From Mycoplasma mobile 163K (GTDB taxonomy: Bacteria; Bacillota_I; Bacilli_A; Mycoplasmatales; Metamycoplasmataceae): DNA of 32,000 nucleotides. Where the stretch lies: the NCBI RefSeq assembly GCF_000008365.1, contig NC_006908.1:240001-272000 (forward strand), read 5' to 3'. Made by a program: the position numbers and the translations under genes. Shown here one piece after another: positions 29,250 through 32,000 of the stretch. The notes below the pieces were generated by a model. The model made no database searches. It saw only the letters and a list, made by a program, of their open reading frames with translations, and was not told the DNA's origin. Numbering within the stretch: position 1 is the stretch's first letter; each line of letters opens with the position of its first letter.

Positions 29250-32000
29250 ATGGAATTTAAAAATATTTATAATAAATGAAACTCTTTTAAAACAAAAGAT
29301 CCAATATTTAAAAAATCTTTACTAAAAATTAGTGATCAAAAACTTTTTAGTGAAGCTTTTTCATCTTCTTTGAAAATTCATAATTCTCGAATTGTTGCAA
29401 AAATGGGAGCCAATACAAATCACTTAAATGAATTCACTATTACAGCAATTGCAGAAAGTTATGCAAATTTTATAAAACAGCTACCCAATTTTCAAAACAA
29501 AGGTATTATTATTAATTATGATAATCGAATTAATTCTGAATTATATGCAAAAACATTTGCCCATGTATTAAATTCAAATGGTGTATCTGCATTTTTTTTT
29601 AATAACAAATCTTCTACTCCGATAGAATTTTTGCCCTTTACAATAAAAAAATATCAACTTGAAGGCGGGGTTAATGTTTCAAGTTCAAAAAATTATAAAG
29701 GAATTAATGGACTATTATTTTATAAACAAGATGCTTTTTTATTAACAAGCGAAGATGAAGAAAAAATTCAAGAAAATTTAAAATCAACAATTTATTTGTC
29801 AAATCCTGAAGAAGTTCAAGAATATAAAATAAAGTATTTAGATTTTGAAATCGAAAATGAAATTGTTAATTTTTACAAAAGTCATTACAAGAGTAATTTA
29901 GAAAAAAAAATAAGAATTCAATTTAGTAGTTTGTATGGTACTTCAGAAATATTTAGTAAAATTTTAGGACAAATTGGTTTTGATGTAAATTTTGTAAAAT
30001 CAGAGTCAGAAAATGCAAAAAAAGTTAATCCTTGACAAAATTTAAAAAGAAAATCTTATTCGAGTTCAAATCCAAAAAGTTTAAATCGTGCAATCTTAAA
30101 AGCAAGACTTACAAATAGGAATTTTTGTGTAGCAATAAATCCTGATGGGTCCAAATTTTCTATTGCTATAAAACACAAAAAGAGATTTAAATATCTTAAA
30201 TCTTCTGAATTAGCAGCAATATATCTTAAATATGTTTTAGAAGATAGAAAAATTAAAGATCTTAATTTTAAAAATTTAAATATTGTTAAATCTTTCGGGA
30301 CAAGTTCTTTAATTAATAAAATAGCAAGAAAACATGATATTAATGTTATTGAAACATTCCATGATCTTAAAATAGATGAGAAAACAAAAGTTTTACTTGC
30401 TTTAGATGAAGATTTTGGTTTTTATGATTATAAGAGCAATTCAAATTTTAAAGATGCTTTTTCAATAATTATAACTTTAGTGGAAGCTGCTAATTTTTAT
30501 TTAAATACTCAATCAAAAGATTTTTTTGAAATTTTACAAGAGATAGAAAAAGAATATAATGTGCATAGAATTAGTTCTAAAAAAAGTATTATTTCTAATA
30601 ATAAGGCAAAAAGATTTTTTACAAGACTCGAAAATGCAACATACTTAGGAAAGAAAAAGATTGTAAATAAATATAGTTATATAGAAAATATTTCAAATGG
30701 TCAAAAACAGATACTTATTTTAAAATTAATTGATTTTAGTACAATAACTGTAGAATATAGTTCTGGTGATAAAATATTAAAATTATTTGTAGAAGTTATA
30801 GGTAAAAAAGAAGAATTATTAATGGATGTTGTTATAAATGAAAGACAAATTTATAATGACATAAAAGAATTTAACGAAGTAGATGAGAGTAAAAAAATTG
30901 GAAAAAAAGATATTTTTAGATACTCTATTTTTATTTCCATTTTTATTTTAATTTTTGTTTTTTTATTTCAAACAATTTATAGTTTGAATGGGAATCCTTC
31001 AGAAATTTTTAACCAAATTTCAAATATTTTATTACCGAATAAGGCTAATTTATACTTTTATGTTGCTCTTGTTTTATTTTCTGTTTTAGATATTAGTATT
31101 AGATCTTTTTCTCTTAAGAGAATGCTTCTTATTTTAGGACAAAAAGTAAAATTTAAGGATCTTTTTATAGGTGCTTATTTAGGAATTGCTCTTACAAATA
31201 TCACTCCTCTTCCAGGTGGTGGTGGAGATGTAATAACTTATTGATATTTAAGAAGAAGAGGAGTTGAAAGATCTTCTTTATATGCTTCAATTTTAATGGG
31301 ATCTATTCTTTATTCTTCTACTGTTGTTATAATGACTGTAATTTTTCTACCTATAGGAATAACTTTTTATGCAAAAGTTTTTGAAAATCCAGATCCTGCA
31401 ACTATAACTTTAATCATTTTTCTTTCAATAGGAACTTTATTTGATATTTTTAGTGCATCAATGATTACTTTAATTTCAGTAAATAAAAAATTACAAGAGT
31501 GAATAGTAAGAACTTCAATTAAATTTTTAGAATGAATTCCTTTTGTTACTATAAGCGATCCTGGTAGTGTTGCTAGTAAATTTCAATATGAATTTAGTGA
31601 AATTAGAAAAGGAATAAAAATGCTCACAAGAAAAAAGCGATATCTTTTTGAACAATTAGGATTTTATTTTATTCCTTGATTTATTTCTTCAGGCTCAACT
31701 TTAGGTGCAACAATTTTTCAAAATTCTGGAAGAATTATTCCGAATCTTCCTGCTGGTACATATTTTAATCTTTTAAGTGGGTCATCCTTATTAAGGGCTG
31801 CTAATTCAGTTTCTATAACACCAGGCGGGACAGGAACAATTGATTTATTTACAACAAGAATTTTTGAATTTATTTTTATCCCTACAAACAATTCTATTAG
31901 CAATTCAGCAGTTTTTTCACTTATGGATAGATTAATTAATTTAATTACTCCAACAATTCTTTCCTTTTTGTTAATAATAACAATTTATTTTGGTGAAAGA
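29250..32000 (+). CDS. Fusion protein: degenerate alpha-D-phosphohexomutase (PGM/PMM)-like domain plus a C-terminal flippase-like (LPG-synthase-TM/UPF0104-type) membrane domain; 3' end outside the window
   Basis: ATG 29250 follows AAGGA. Track ORFs 29370.., 30480.. and 31296.. all share frame 0. I read 917 codons to the window edge and found only TGA interruptions (29277, 30033, 31242, 31500, 31533, 31677). The N-terminal 550 aa or so are collinear with PgcA-type phosphoglucomutase. From about 30921 there are 8 or more hydrophobic segments with ITPLPGGGGD and ITPGGTGT motifs. Confidence 0.75.

Overview
AT-rich chromosomal segment (roughly a quarter G+C by eye, not computed) from a Mollicute (Mycoplasma sensu lato) that reads UGA as Trp (translation table 4). 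The supplied ORF track uses the standard code, so most genes appear broken at in-frame TGA codons. Read with TGA=W, the fragments join in one frame into full-length, collinear homologs. After re-joining I count 28 protein genes, one tRNA-Gly(UCC), one stand-alone 5S rRNA gene and about 8 hairpin terminators. I saw no IS or transposase, phage, CRISPR, restriction-modification or toxin-antitoxin signatures. Gene order: partial FAD oxidoreductase (-), rpsB-tsf (+), tRNA-Gly (-), two tandem DegV genes (-), eno (+), an overlapping uvrA-hprK-lgt-trxB chain (+), a DnaB/DnaD-like plus DnaI-like loader pair (+), gap (+), a YwaF/TMEM164-like membrane protein (+). These converge on a long minus-strand run: ABC-2 permease, ABC ATPase, ligA, 5S rRNA, galE, NadE-like, yebC, prfA, prmC. 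One small membrane ORF sits on the opposite strand inside that run. The right end holds apt-pepF (+), an alpha/beta hydrolase (-), acetolactate decarboxylase (+), and a large ORF that runs off the right edge. Most of this is ordinary core genome. The most unusual item is that last ORF (29250..>32000). It is a phosphoglucomutase/phosphomannomutase-like domain in which all four catalytic signature motifs are altered, fused in frame to a multi-pass membrane domain with two P-G-G-x-G motifs of the flippase-like (LPG-synthase-TM) type. Three other proteins also look like pseudoenzymes: a NadE-like protein without the SGGxDS PP-loop, a DnaI-like protein without Walker A/B, and an Lpd-like oxidoreductase without the redox cysteines. 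The 5S rRNA gene is detached from any 16S/23S genes and has its own promoter-like and terminator-like signals. All family assignments come from reading translations by eye. No database search was run.
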